DNA from: Saprospiraceae bacterium
GTDB taxonomy: Bacteria; Bacteroidota; Bacteroidia; Chitinophagales; Saprospiraceae
Assembly: GCA_016715245.1 (NCBI GenBank)
Contig: JADKAS010000006.1
Coordinates: 20,870-84,869 of the forward strand
DNA: 64,000 bases
Direction: 5' to 3'
Shown: in pieces, positions 45,401 to 55,612 of the stretch
Position numbering within the stretch: the stretch's first letter is position 1
How the letters are laid out: every line of letters starts with the position of its first letter
Position numbers and translations under genes: made by a program
The notes under the pieces: generated by a model
Database searches by the model: none
What the model was told of the DNA's origin: nothing
What the model saw: the letters and a program-made list of their open reading frames with translations, nothing else

Positions 45401-46108
45401 TTATATTATTTTAAATTTAAAAATTTTCTCGAATTGAGTCTTAAGTTGTTCTGACACGTCAAAAATATCTACTTGACGGCCCAATTCGCGTTGCAACGAA
45501 GTGACGGAGAGGTTTGTTTCTTCAATACCACAGGGAATAATATGATCAAAATACTTTAAGTCTGTATTGACATTAAATGCAAATCCATGCAAGGTCACCC
45601 ATCTTGATAAATGCACCCCAATAGCGCAAATTTTCCTAAACTGACCTTCCTGATGTATATCCTCAACCCATACCCCTGTATATGCAGGAATCCTTATTCC
45701 TTTAATTTGGTAAAAATCCAACGTTTGTATAATTACTTCTTCTATCTCTCTGACATATCTGTGTACATCTGTATAAAAACATTCAAGGTCAAGTATCGGA
45801 TAACCTGTAATCTGCCCGGGACCATGATAGGTTATATCTCCTCCCCTGTTGATTTTAAAATATTCAACACCTTTTTCTGTCAAACCTTCAGTGTCAAGCA
45901 ACAAATGAGAAATATCGCCACTTTTCCCCAAAGTATACACATGACTGTGCTGGCAAAATATCAGATGGTGATCCGACAATTCTATATTTGATTCATGTAG
46001 CGTTTTAGTTTTTTTTCTTTCCTTTAATTCATTGTGAAGAGATGTCTGAATAGCCCAAACCTCTTCATACGATTTCCCTTCAATCCATTCATATTTCACC
46101 TTATGCAT
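45401..46108 (-). CDS. lipB: lipoyl(octanoyl) transferase
   Basis: CQHSHVYTLGKSGD...INRGGDITYHGPGQITGYPILDL...RKICAIGVHLSRWVTLHGFAFNVNTDLKYFDHIIPCGI. Confidence 0.9.
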   Translation of the reverse strand: MHKVKYEWIEGKSYEEVWAIQTSLHNELKERKKTKTLHESNIELSDHHLIFCQHSHVYTLGKSGDISHLLLDTEGLTEKGVEYFKINRGGDITYHGPGQITGYPILDLECFYTDVHRYVREIEEVIIQTLDFYQIKGIRIPAYTGVWVEDIHQEGQFRKICAIGVHLSRWVTLHGFAFNVNTDLKYFDHIIPCGIEETNLSVTSLQRELGRQVDIFDVSEQLKTQFEKIFKFKII

Positions 46109-46195
46109 ATGTTCTTATACTAAAAAAGTAAAATCAATCAAAAATAATCTTTTGTTAATTCTTTAATAATGTGTAATTTATATTAAATAATACAT

Positions 46196-46203
46196 TATTT
46201 TTG
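46196..46203 (+). promoter_or_regulatory. Bacteroidota -7 box (TATTTTTG)
   Basis: Exact TAnnTTTG match 19 nt upstream of ATG 46222. Confidence 0.35.
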
Positions 46204-46221
46204 TTAATTAATTATATTATT

Positions 46222-47250
46222 ATGTTTAGAAATATTTGTATTTTAACACATCTCTTCCTATTTAGTTGTCAGTTTCTTGCCGCTCAAAATCAAACCATCC
46301 AGAATTTTACGTTTACAGATATTGACGGAAATATACACAACCTTTATCAAAATCACCTTGATCAGGGAAAAACAGTTGTGATAAAATTCTTTTTCACTAC
46401 ATGTCCTCCCTGTCGTTCGAATGCGCCTTTTTATCAACAAAAAAATGTAGCATGGGGAGATAATCAGTATGATACAAGGTTTATTGAATTATCCACTTTA
46501 TCCACAGATGACAATACAAAGGTCAGAAATTATAAAAACACATTTAATATGACTGTGATTTCTGCCGGTGCCCAAGGCGACTCCGATGATGTTGCCAATA
46601 CATTCCGAACCGGCGTATATGGTCCATGGTATGGCACCCCTACTTTTGTGGTGATTGCACCAGACAGAACCCTGTATTATCCTGTTGCTTTTGACCAACT
46701 TGATGAAATTATTGAAAGCACCGGTGCAGAAAAACCAGATACCAATGTACCGGACCCCACCACTTTTAATGTAAATATTACATCTGGAATAACCTTACCT
46801 TCAGGTAGTGTGAAGTTTTATCTAAAACCTGCTAACGCATCATCTCCAAAATATGAGATTACAAAAAATAATGAAGGAAACTATTCTTTTATTTACCCCA
46901 GTTCCAATTTCCCTTCAATAGAAAATCCTGAGGTCATCATGGAAACCAATGCTTCCGCTTATCATTCCAGTCTTAATTCTGTTGATCTGGTAAGCATTCA
47001 AAAACATATTCTTGGCATAAAAACCTTAACACAACAAATACAATTATTAGCCTCTGACGTAAATGGAGATAGTAAAATAAATTCTACTGACCTGGTCATA
47101 CTTCAAAAAGTAATATTAGGTCTTATTACCCAATTTCCAAATCAAGTAAAAAGTTATAAATCCTTACCTGAAAAATTAAGTGTTTCGGAAAACCCCGGTC
47201 AAACAACCACTTTAAATTTTACTGTATTCAAAACCGGAAATGTTAATTAA
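46222..47250 (+). CDS. secreted thioredoxin-like (TlpA/redoxin-type, CPPC) protein with C-terminal dockerin-like module
   Basis: ATG 46222 gives MFRNICILTHLFLFSCQFLAAQ. GKTVVIKFFFTTCPPCRSNAP...GTPTFVVIAPDRTLYY (redoxin fold). NSVDLVSIQKHILGIKTLTQQIQLLASDVNGDSKINSTDLVILQKVILGL (46975-47125) matches the module at 18535-18690 and 28350-28505. Confidence 0.65.
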   Translation: MFRNICILTHLFLFSCQFLAAQNQTIQNFTFTDIDGNIHNLYQNHLDQGKTVVIKFFFTTCPPCRSNAPFYQQKNVAWGDNQYDTRFIELSTLSTDDNTKVRNYKNTFNMTVISAGAQGDSDDVANTFRTGVYGPWYGTPTFVVIAPDRTLYYPVAFDQLDEIIESTGAEKPDTNVPDPTTFNVNITSGITLPSGSVKFYLKPANASSPKYEITKNNEGNYSFIYPSSNFPSIENPEVIMETNASAYHSSLNSVDLVSIQKHILGIKTLTQQIQLLASDVNGDSKINSTDLVILQKVILGLITQFPNQVKSYKSLPEKLSVSENPGQTTTLNFTVFKTGNVN

Positions 47251-47300
47251 TATAAACGATATAAAAAAGGTAAACTTTTTTACTTAAAATTGACTATATT

Positions 47301-49379
47301 TTACTCCGGGGTGATTACCTTTTTACCAAATGTCATAATGATTCCGTACATAACAGCTATTGCAACTCCAAAAATAAAAAGGTTGAACCAAAAACCATAA
47401 CTAAACAATGAAGTAACAAGACAACAGGCCAATGAAACTCCACCTACAGTCATGGCATATGGCATTTGAGTTTTTACATGATCAAGGTGGTTGCAGTCTG
47501 ATGCCAGAGAACTCAATATAGTAGTATCAGATATCGGAGAACAGTGATCACCAAAAACCGCAGCCGCAAGAACAACTGAAATTATATGAACAATGTAGGT
47601 CAACAATTCTTCATTCCCCAAACCGGCCTCTACACCTACGGCATACATAGCAGGTATCGCAATAGGATAAAGGATTGCCATCGTACTCCAACTTGACCCT
47701 GTAGAAAATGCTACCAAAAAAGCAAGAATAAAAACCATTGCAGGCATAAAAACGGGTAATATACTTCCGGATAGTGCCAAACTTATAAAATCAGCTGTAT
47801 GCAATGATTCGGTCACGGAAGCAAGTGCCCATGCAAGTGTAAGAATGAGTAAAGCAGGCAACATGGTTTTAAAACCAACAGTGACCCAATGCATTGTTTC
47901 AAACAATTTCATCGTTCTATCCGACAAAGTAATAATGATGGCAACTATCAAACCACTCATACTTGCCCACAACAAAGAAATATAACTGTCCGCAGCACCA
48001 ATCACTTTTCCCAATTTAACAAAAAATCCATTTTCATCTGCCGGCATGGTTGCATGAAGTTCGGACCAAACTCTTGCCCAGGAAAAAACACCACCTGATG
48101 GAAATAATTCATTGTAAACAGAAGTAAATCCTGTTTCCATTAAACCAAAAATGGTGACAAAAATCACCGTACCTACAGGCAAAGCTGCCTTTAACCAATG
48201 AAGTCTTGCTCCTTTTACCGGATTGAGATCCTCCATATTGGGTTCATCCGGATTCAGATCTGAAGCACTGCTTACTTGCCCTTTCAATGCCCGTCTTTCT
48301 GCAGCCAGCATCGGGCCGTATTCCCTTCCTGTATAGATGATTAACAACATAAAGCCAAGTGTAAGAAACGGATAATAAGCATATTTCAAAGAACTAAAAA
48401 AGAGAGCATAAGGTGAAACATCCAAATCCAAAGGCAGACCCGCCATTCCACTCTGAATATAGGCTAATTGGGCTCCTATCCAAGTGGTGATAAAGGCCAC
48501 AGCAGCAACGGGAGCCGCCGTGCTATCCACAATATAACTCAATTTTTCCCTTGAAACCTTAAATTTGTCAGTTATAGGCCTCATGGTATTACCTACGACG
48601 AGTGTATTGGCATAATCATCAAAAAAAACTATGACGCCTAAAAACCATGCTACATACTGACTGCTTTTATTACTTTTAGCATACTTTGCCAACTTGAATA
48701 CAATACCCGCCATTCCTCCATTTTTAGAAATTAATGCCACCATGCCACCAATAAGCATTGAAAATACAATGATAGACATGTGTCCTTTATTAACCAATGC
48801 ATTTACAACATGAATCTGAACAGGCTGCCAGATTGAAGATATAAAAAAATAAAGGGAATCAAGTCTTAAACCGCCTATAATAAATACACCCGATAATATT
48901 CCAAGAAAAAGCGACATTAATACCTCCTTTAACAACAAGGCACATAAAATAGCAATTAACGGAGGCAATACAGACAACATAAATGGAATCGTTTTTATTC
49001 TGTATCCGGAATTTTCTTTCTTCGAAATATGGAATAATTTATACTGTTTATTGTGTTGAAAAAGATATAATTTACCTGTGTGATCTATTTTTTCATGAAA
49101 ATTTGCACGTCCCTTTGTACTTTGAATATTAAAAATTTCACCGTTTATCATAAATTGGGCAATACCATCCTTTTCCGTTTTGACATATAAATTGTCCGCT
49201 TCAGTAACAAATTCAAATAAACCTGAACTAAAGGTATCCTGAGGTTGTTGTAACACAGAATCTTGTAAAGTAATATTGGTATTTCTGGCTTCGGCAGAAG
49301 GAAACATTCCAATAACTAAACATAAAAGATAAAAAGATTTTAATAACCTTTTCACTGAAATTAAATGGTATGAATACAT
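47301..49379 (-). CDS. NhaC-family Na+/H+ antiporter with N-terminal extracytoplasmic extension
   Basis: Start taken at ATG 49377-49379 (MYSYHLISVKRLLKSFYLLCLVIGMFPSAEA). About 130 aa of soluble sequence, then a polytopic region (LSVLPPLIAILCALLLKE...FFDDYANTLVVGNTMRPITD...) typical of NhaC-type carriers. Confidence 0.7.
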   Translation of the reverse strand: MYSYHLISVKRLLKSFYLLCLVIGMFPSAEARNTNITLQDSVLQQPQDTFSSGLFEFVTEADNLYVKTEKDGIAQFMINGEIFNIQSTKGRANFHEKIDHTGKLYLFQHNKQYKLFHISKKENSGYRIKTIPFMLSVLPPLIAILCALLLKEVLMSLFLGILSGVFIIGGLRLDSLYFFISSIWQPVQIHVVNALVNKGHMSIIVFSMLIGGMVALISKNGGMAGIVFKLAKYAKSNKSSQYVAWFLGVIVFFDDYANTLVVGNTMRPITDKFKVSREKLSYIVDSTAAPVAAVAFITTWIGAQLAYIQSGMAGLPLDLDVSPYALFFSSLKYAYYPFLTLGFMLLIIYTGREYGPMLAAERRALKGQVSSASDLNPDEPNMEDLNPVKGARLHWLKAALPVGTVIFVTIFGLMETGFTSVYNELFPSGGVFSWARVWSELHATMPADENGFFVKLGKVIGAADSYISLLWASMSGLIVAIIITLSDRTMKLFETMHWVTVGFKTMLPALLILTLAWALASVTESLHTADFISLALSGSILPVFMPAMVFILAFLVAFSTGSSWSTMAILYPIAIPAMYAVGVEAGLGNEELLTYIVHIISVVLAAAVFGDHCSPISDTTILSSLASDCNHLDHVKTQMPYAMTVGGVSLACCLVTSLFSYGFWFNLFIFGVAIAVMYGIIMTFGKKVITPE

Positions 49380-49419
49380 TTTAAAAGTTTTAAGGTGGAA
49401 AGTTAATTTTTTTTTAATC

Positions 49420-51624
49420 ATGAAGATATATTTAGCATTTTTTATTGCAATTTTCATTTTACATTCTGGTTTTAGTCAAGATTTTTCTCCCCTTGAAATT
49501 CCCTTCTTTAAAGGCAACTCCTCTATTCGTAATCCTGTAGCAGGAGGACTAAAAAACCCTCAGTTTTCAAATATTGATTTTAATAATGACGGAAAAAAAG
49601 ACCTCTTCATTTTTGACAGAGAAGGAGACGTCATTATTCCTTTTTTATACACAGGCCTAAACCATTCTGTTGAGTATAAGTATGCGCCGGAATACGAACA
49701 TATTTTTCCTGTATTACGCAATTTTACCTTTCTTGTTGACTTTAACAATGATGGAATTGAGGATATTTTTACAGGTGGTGCTGTCCCTACCACAATTGAA
49801 GTTCATCGGGGTAAAAAAACGCAGGGAGCCCTCTCATATGAACTCATGGAGTTTAATTTTAGTGGAAGTGTCGGAGATTTTCTACAGGTTTTTTTAGGTA
49901 ATTATACCCAAATATATTGCAGTTCTATAGATATTCCAGCCATCACAGATGTTGATTATGATGGAGATGTTGATATTTTGACTTTTGAAGCAGGAAGTGA
50001 TAAAATCTCCTTTTATGAAAACCTGGCCAAAGATGAAAATCTTACATCTGATACCTTAAAATTCATTTTAAACACAAAGTGCTGGGGTGGATTTAAAGAA
50101 GATGAATTTTCATCAGACGTAAATTTAAGCAACAGCATAAATGATTGTTATAATTTTAAAGAACCAAATAAGGATGAGACCCGACATTCAGGAAGTACCA
50201 TACTTATCATTGATGCGGATGGTGACGGAGATAAAGATTTATTACTGGGTGACCTAAACAATGAAAACATAAAATTTTTAAAAAACGGCGGAAACCCTCA
50301 AAAAGCGTGGCTGAACGAAGTAGATCATACCTTCCCTTCTACAGATGTTGCAGCCAAAATGCAAGTGTTTCTTGCTGCTTTTTCAGTTGATGTTAATAAT
50401 GATGGCAAAAATGATTTGATTATTTGTCCTAATGACAGAAACGACAGTGAAAGAACCAATCATATTTGGTTATATCTGAACGAAGGAAGTAGCACAATTC
50501 CTGATTATAAGCTAAAAACAAAATCATTTCTTGTAAATGACATGATTAGTTTGGGGGCAAGTTCGCATCCAACATTTATTGACTATAACGATGATGGTCT
50601 GATGGATATTATTATAGGGGGCAATGGTTCAATATCTGTCGACGGGACAAAAAAAACCTGGATGGAATTGTATATTAATTCAGGTACGGCAACACATCCG
50701 GAATATATCCTTGAAAATGGAGATTTTTTGGGGTTCTACAATTTTGCACAGCCGATCATCAGACTGGCTCCTTCAGCAGGAGATATTGATGGAGATGGTG
50801 ATACTGATTTATTGGTTGGTGAGTTTTTAAAAGGTCAGATTTTTTATTACAAAAACAAAGCAGGAAAAGGAAATCCTGTAGAATTTGAAACCAGGATTTT
50901 TCCTTACAAAAATTTTTTTATAGGCAATGCTTCTAAACCAACCATCGGCGATGTAAACGGGGATGGATTAGGTGACCTCATTATTGGTGAAACAAATAAT
51001 GAATTAAATTATTTTGAAAATGTAGGTTCCATAGGAAATGCAGATTTCAATACCAGTCCTACAACTACAGATTTTGGGGAAATATTCCCGGCAGGCAGTA
51101 GCTATTATTTGGAAAATGGAGCCCCTTTTATCTTTGAAGATAAAGAAGGGTTAAAAATGCTGTTTGGCACTCAGGGTGGAGAAATGTACCTATTCAGTGA
51201 TATAAATGATGACAACAGGACTTTTGCAACAGAATCCGTAAAGTTTGGAAATATTAAGACAGGAATCCGAACCATTCCCACTATGGCAGACATAGATAAA
51301 GATGGCTATTATGAACTCCTCATAGGAAATGAAAGAGGTGGTATCAATTTTTTCAATACGCCTCTGAAATTAAAAACAGTTTCAACTTCAGAAAATAGTA
51401 ATCAAAATCAAATTGAAGTATTTCCAAATCCTACTTCAAATACGTGTTATTTTTACGGTCAAAAATCTTTATATGCCAACATATTTGACATTAATGGCAA
51501 AAAGGTAAAAAGTGGCTATTTTACAGAAGAAATAGAGGTTGGTGATTTGATTTCTGGCATCTATGTACTGCAATTTTACTTTGAAAATAAATCTGAAGTT
51601 CATAAATTGGTCATTACAAAATAA
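49420..51624 (+). CDS. FG-GAP/VCBS-repeat protein with T9SS C-terminal sorting domain
   Basis: Repeated Ca-loop-like motifs: DFNNDGKKDLFIF, DVDYDGDVDILTF, DADGDGDKDLLLGD, DVNNDGKNDLIICP, DYNDDGLMDIIIGG, DIDGDGDTDLLVGE, DVNGDGLGDLIIGE, DIDKDGYYELLIGN. C-terminus IEVFPNPTSNTCYFYG...IFDINGKKV...GIYVLQFYFENKSEVHKLVITK. Confidence 0.85.
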   Translation: MKIYLAFFIAIFILHSGFSQDFSPLEIPFFKGNSSIRNPVAGGLKNPQFSNIDFNNDGKKDLFIFDREGDVIIPFLYTGLNHSVEYKYAPEYEHIFPVLRNFTFLVDFNNDGIEDIFTGGAVPTTIEVHRGKKTQGALSYELMEFNFSGSVGDFLQVFLGNYTQIYCSSIDIPAITDVDYDGDVDILTFEAGSDKISFYENLAKDENLTSDTLKFILNTKCWGGFKEDEFSSDVNLSNSINDCYNFKEPNKDETRHSGSTILIIDADGDGDKDLLLGDLNNENIKFLKNGGNPQKAWLNEVDHTFPSTDVAAKMQVFLAAFSVDVNNDGKNDLIICPNDRNDSERTNHIWLYLNEGSSTIPDYKLKTKSFLVNDMISLGASSHPTFIDYNDDGLMDIIIGGNGSISVDGTKKTWMELYINSGTATHPEYILENGDFLGFYNFAQPIIRLAPSAGDIDGDGDTDLLVGEFLKGQIFYYKNKAGKGNPVEFETRIFPYKNFFIGNASKPTIGDVNGDGLGDLIIGETNNELNYFENVGSIGNADFNTSPTTTDFGEIFPAGSSYYLENGAPFIFEDKEGLKMLFGTQGGEMYLFSDINDDNRTFATESVKFGNIKTGIRTIPTMADIDKDGYYELLIGNERGGINFFNTPLKLKTVSTSENSNQNQIEVFPNPTSNTCYFYGQKSLYANIFDINGKKVKSGYFTEEIEVGDLISGIYVLQFYFENKSEVHKLVITK

Positions 51625-51649
51625 TAATACCGGGATGAAAACGTTTTTA

Positions 51650-51657
51650 TACCTTTG
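51650..51657 (+). promoter_or_regulatory. Bacteroidota -7 box (TACCTTTG)
   Basis: Exact TAnnTTTG match 24 nt upstream of ATG 51681. Confidence 0.4.
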
Positions 51658-51680
51658 AAACTTTATATTGTTGTAAACTC

Positions 51681-53357
51681 ATGATAAAAAGAATATTTAC
51701 GTTAAGTTTGATTTATATTTTTCCGGTTTTATTGTTCGGACAGGAAATAAAAAATGAATTTGTCGTTCATTTTTCAGGTAAGGATTTTCCAAAATTCGTT
51801 GAAAATATTGGTCAGAATATTTTTTCAAGGAACGCAGAAACATTAATAATAACTCCCTTCACCACCAAAGAAAACAATGAATACTTCCACATGAAAGTGT
51901 CTGAAAATTCAGCTGACACATGGTACTCCTTATTATCCAGTTCAAAAGAAATCAGCGGCCTAGAATATAATACAAAACTAGAATGGCGTGATAAAAGACC
52001 AAACGACCCAAGAGTTAATGAACAATGGTATCTTGAGAACATAAAAGCTTTTGAAGCATGGAACATTACAACCGGAGGACCAACTGAAAATGGAAAAGAA
52101 TTTGTAATTGCGGTAATTGATGATGGATTTCTGACAAATCATGAAGATTTTGCCGACATATTTTTTATCAATAATAATGAAATCCCTAATGATGGAAAAG
52201 ATAATGATGGCAACGGCTATATTGATGATTATTCCGGCTACAATGTAAAACTGCAGAATGGAAGCATCACGTCTGAAACTCATGGAACAAATGTTATCGG
52301 TGTTCTTGGTGCCAGAGCTAATAACAATATAGGTATTTCAGGTATTAATTGGAATGTAAAAATACTCCCTTTAGTTATAAATGCAACTTCTCTGGACGTA
52401 GAAAAGGCATTGGAGTATGTACTTCGCATGAAAAAATTATATCTTGAGAACAATGGAACAAAAGGCTCAAATATAGTCGCTGTTACTTATTCAGGAGGCA
52501 TTTCCAAAAGATTTGCTTCGAGTTTTCCGAATTGGTGTAATTTATACAATCTTTTGGGACAACAAGGTGTTTTGAGTATAGGGGCTACTACTAATAATAA
52601 TGACGATGTAGATTTTGTGGGAGATATGCCTTCAACATGTGAAAGCAATTATCTCATCATGGTCACCAATACGGACCAGAATGATGTAAAAGCCAGGCAA
52701 GCAGGTTATGGTAAAAAGCACATTGATATAGGTGTACCTGGTGAAGACATTCTGACTACGACCGACCAGGCAAAAAAATACACAACCGAATCAGGAACAT
52801 CTCTTTCCGCACCAATTCTGGCCGGTGCTGTTTCTTTGTTATTTTCATCCAACTGCACCGCCTTTCAAAATTTCTATGACAATTCTCCGTCATTGGGAAC
52901 TTTAAAAATAAAAGAAATTTTGTTACAATCCGGTGATCCTGCTTATTATTACAAATCTGGTCAAAATGCTGATCTGCTGGAAGTGACTACAACAGGAAAA
53001 AGACTAAATATTTTGAATGCCCTTGACTCCTTACGTGTACGTTATAATGATTGTATTCCGGGATTGTCTGAAACAGGAGAATTAAAAATCACGGACATTC
53101 TGATACTTAACAATCTTGCACAAGTTAATTATGTTTCTGAAAACAATGCAGAGATTGAACTCATCGTATTTGATGCCCTTGGCAGAATATTAAAAAAGGG
53201 AACTGTCAGTCCCCAAATTCTAGGTAAAAAAGTTTATGTTTTAGACCTGGATGATCTTTCCCTGAACAATGAATTATCGCCCTCTCAGGTGCTATTTATT
53301 GGCATGTCCCAAGGTAAATCAAAAGCAGGAAAGGGTTTTTATTATAATTTGAAATAA
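51681..53357 (+). CDS. S8 (subtilisin-family) serine peptidase, possibly T9SS cargo
   Basis: Catalytic triad contexts VIAVIDDGF (Asp), HGTNVIGVLGA (His) and SGTSLSAPILAGAVSLL (Ser). The C-terminal ~90 aa (AEIELIVFDALGRILKKG...) is CTD-like but lacks a clear PNP motif. Confidence 0.8.
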   Translation: MIKRIFTLSLIYIFPVLLFGQEIKNEFVVHFSGKDFPKFVENIGQNIFSRNAETLIITPFTTKENNEYFHMKVSENSADTWYSLLSSSKEISGLEYNTKLEWRDKRPNDPRVNEQWYLENIKAFEAWNITTGGPTENGKEFVIAVIDDGFLTNHEDFADIFFINNNEIPNDGKDNDGNGYIDDYSGYNVKLQNGSITSETHGTNVIGVLGARANNNIGISGINWNVKILPLVINATSLDVEKALEYVLRMKKLYLENNGTKGSNIVAVTYSGGISKRFASSFPNWCNLYNLLGQQGVLSIGATTNNNDDVDFVGDMPSTCESNYLIMVTNTDQNDVKARQAGYGKKHIDIGVPGEDILTTTDQAKKYTTESGTSLSAPILAGAVSLLFSSNCTAFQNFYDNSPSLGTLKIKEILLQSGDPAYYYKSGQNADLLEVTTTGKRLNILNALDSLRVRYNDCIPGLSETGELKITDILILNNLAQVNYVSENNAEIELIVFDALGRILKKGTVSPQILGKKVYVLDLDDLSLNNELSPSQVLFIGMSQGKSKAGKGFYYNLK

Positions 53358-53365
53358 AAATTTAT

Positions 53366-54019
53366 ATGTCAATTTCATTGGAGCTATCTCAATTACGTCA
53401 GGAATACACACGTCATGAACTCGATGAAAAAATGGTGCACTTAAGTCCGACCCATCAATTTTCGATATGGTTTAATGAAGCGCTGGACTCACAAATTTTA
53501 GAACCAAATGCCTTTACCCTGTCTACTGTTGACTTGGATGGATTTCCGACCGCTCGGGTTTTGTTGTTAAAAGAACTATCTGAAACAGGTTTTGTTTTTT
53601 ACACAAATTATGAAAGTGCTAAAGGCAAGGAGATTGAAAAAAATCCATACGGCGCCATGACATTTTTATGGCTGGAATTACAAAGGCAAGTAAGAATCAA
53701 AGGATCTGTTTCTAAAGTTAAGAGAGAAACTTCTGGTGAATATTTTAAGTCACGACCATTTGAAAGTCAATTAGGCGCATGGGTGTCACCACAAAGTAAA
53801 ATCATACCAAACAGAGCCTTTTTAGATGAAAAAATTCAAAAATATCAACAAAAATACAGTAGTTCTGAAAATATTCCCTTGCCCGATCACTGGGGAGGTT
53901 ATGTTTTAAACCCAACTGAAATGGAATTCTGGCAAGGAAGAATGGGCAGGCTACATGACAGAATAAGATATCGCCTTAATGGCCCTCAAGATTGGATAAT
54001 TGAAAGACTGGCACCTTAA
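53366..54019 (+). CDS. pdxH: pyridoxamine 5'-phosphate oxidase
   Basis: ARVLLLKELSETGFVFYTNYESAKGKEIEKNPYGAMTFLWLELQRQVRIKG...YFKSRPFESQLGAWVSPQS...PDHWGGYVLNPTEMEFWQGRMGRLHDRIRY. Confidence 0.9.
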   Translation: MSISLELSQLRQEYTRHELDEKMVHLSPTHQFSIWFNEALDSQILEPNAFTLSTVDLDGFPTARVLLLKELSETGFVFYTNYESAKGKEIEKNPYGAMTFLWLELQRQVRIKGSVSKVKRETSGEYFKSRPFESQLGAWVSPQSKIIPNRAFLDEKIQKYQQKYSSSENIPLPDHWGGYVLNPTEMEFWQGRMGRLHDRIRYRLNGPQDWIIERLAP

Positions 54020-54033
54020 AAAAATTTGTAATA

Positions 54034-55473
54034 ATGCTTTCGTCCGTAAAAATATCGTTTCAGACTATACTTATTTCTTTATGTATTTCATGTTTGTCGG
54101 TTTATGTTTATCATACTTATTTGACATACAACAATAACCAAAAAATTAATGAAGAAAAAAACCGGTTAATCCGGGTGGCTCAGGAAGAATTGTTTTTAAA
54201 TCAATCCCTGGCCCAATTATTCAGGTCAACTGCTCCAACCTCATTTATTGAAGCAGCTAAATTGGGAAGAGAAAGTGTTGTTGCCGTAAAAAGCAGAAAT
54301 TCTGAAGAAAACGATCTTCATTTCAACAGCAGAAATAATGGTTCAGGGGTTGTCATTTCAAGTGATGGATACATAGTTACTAATCACCATGTCATTGGTT
54401 CTTCTGACAAAATTGAAGTTACCCTGCCTGACAAAAGGACAATGGAAGCCAAACTTATTGGGATTGACAAAAATACTGATCTCGCTTTATTAAAAATTGA
54501 AGTCACTGACCTGCCATTCCTGATTATGGGCAATTCGGATTCCTTAATGATTGGAGAATGGGTATTAGCGGTGGGAAACCCCTTTGAATTACAATCTACC
54601 GTAACTGCAGGAATCGTAGGCGCCAAAGCCAGAAGTATAAATATTATGGAAAGTCAGGGCATAGAAAGTTTTATTCAGACAGATGCCGCTGTAAACCCGG
54701 GTAGTAGTGGTGGTGCCCTTATTAATACTGCAGGTCACCTTGTGGGCATTAATACGGCAATCATGAGTGAAAAAGGAACATTTGAAGGCTTTTCATTTGC
54801 TATTCCTATTAATGTTGTCAAAAAAATTATTTCTGATCTCAAGGAGTATGGGGTTGTTCAGCGAGGCTGGATGGGAATAGATATTGAAAACCTTGACGAC
54901 CGTCTTGCCGGTGAGATTGGATTGAGCGAAATTAAAGGCGTATATATAAGCTATATTTTAAAGGATGGGGCTGCCCAGGATGCAGGAATTAAAAAGGGAG
55001 ATGTAATTCTTCAGGTAAATAAAAATCAAGTAAATACTACGTCAGAATTTATGGAAAACCTAACCAGATACAGACCCGGAGAAAAAATTGAGACATTGAT
55101 ATGGCGGTCAGGTAAAAAAATGAACATTTCTGTAACCTTAAAAAACCACTTGAATTCATTAGAACCGGTGGGCATTTATAAATCAGGTATTTTGGAAAAG
55201 ATTGGTATTGAAGTAAGAAATCTCGATGGAGTCGAACATTCCCTTTTTGGTAAATCCGGTGTACTTGTTTTAAGTATTAAAAAGGGAGGAATCGTTTACC
55301 ATACAAAAATGGAACCGGGTTTTATTATTCAAAGTATGGATAATAAAATGATTTCATCAGTTCAACAATTGATAACCCTTTTAGAAGAAAATATCGGCAA
55401 CCAAATTGTTTGTGAAGGAATCTATAAAAATTACCCTGGCACCTACCCCTATACCTTTAAAATAACAAAGTAA
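54034..55473 (+). CDS. HtrA/DegQ-family serine protease with PDZ domains
   Basis: GSGVVISSDGYIVTNHHVI (His), DLALLKI (Asp), TDAAVNPGSSGGALIN (Ser), followed by two PDZ-like segments. Confidence 0.85.
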   Translation: MLSSVKISFQTILISLCISCLSVYVYHTYLTYNNNQKINEEKNRLIRVAQEELFLNQSLAQLFRSTAPTSFIEAAKLGRESVVAVKSRNSEENDLHFNSRNNGSGVVISSDGYIVTNHHVIGSSDKIEVTLPDKRTMEAKLIGIDKNTDLALLKIEVTDLPFLIMGNSDSLMIGEWVLAVGNPFELQSTVTAGIVGAKARSINIMESQGIESFIQTDAAVNPGSSGGALINTAGHLVGINTAIMSEKGTFEGFSFAIPINVVKKIISDLKEYGVVQRGWMGIDIENLDDRLAGEIGLSEIKGVYISYILKDGAAQDAGIKKGDVILQVNKNQVNTTSEFMENLTRYRPGEKIETLIWRSGKKMNISVTLKNHLNSLEPVGIYKSGILEKIGIEVRNLDGVEHSLFGKSGVLVLSIKKGGIVYHTKMEPGFIIQSMDNKMISSVQQLITLLEENIGNQIVCEGIYKNYPGTYPYTFKITK

Positions 55474-55574
55474 AAAACTGATTGATAATCAGCGTTCACT
55501 GTTTAGAATTATTCTAAATAATACATATTAAAAAAATATTGAACTAAAGTTTCATAAAGAATAATTGGAATCCA

Positions 55575-55582
55575 TAAATTTG
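55575..55582 (+). promoter_or_regulatory. Bacteroidota -7 box (TAAATTTG) ahead of the nqr operon
   Basis: Exact TAnnTTTG match 31 nt upstream of TTG 55613. Confidence 0.4.
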
Positions 55583-55612
55583 CACGATTTTTAAAATTAT
55601 AAAATTTTAAGA

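Noticed and set aside
49380-49457. Long N-terminal version of the NhaC-family gene (start 49457) overlapping the divergent FG-GAP gene start at 49420
   Set aside because: ATG 49377-49379 gives a sensible signal/TM start and removes the head-to-head overlap. The extra 26 residues (MKIAIKNAKYIFMIKKK...) look like translated AT-rich promoter DNA.
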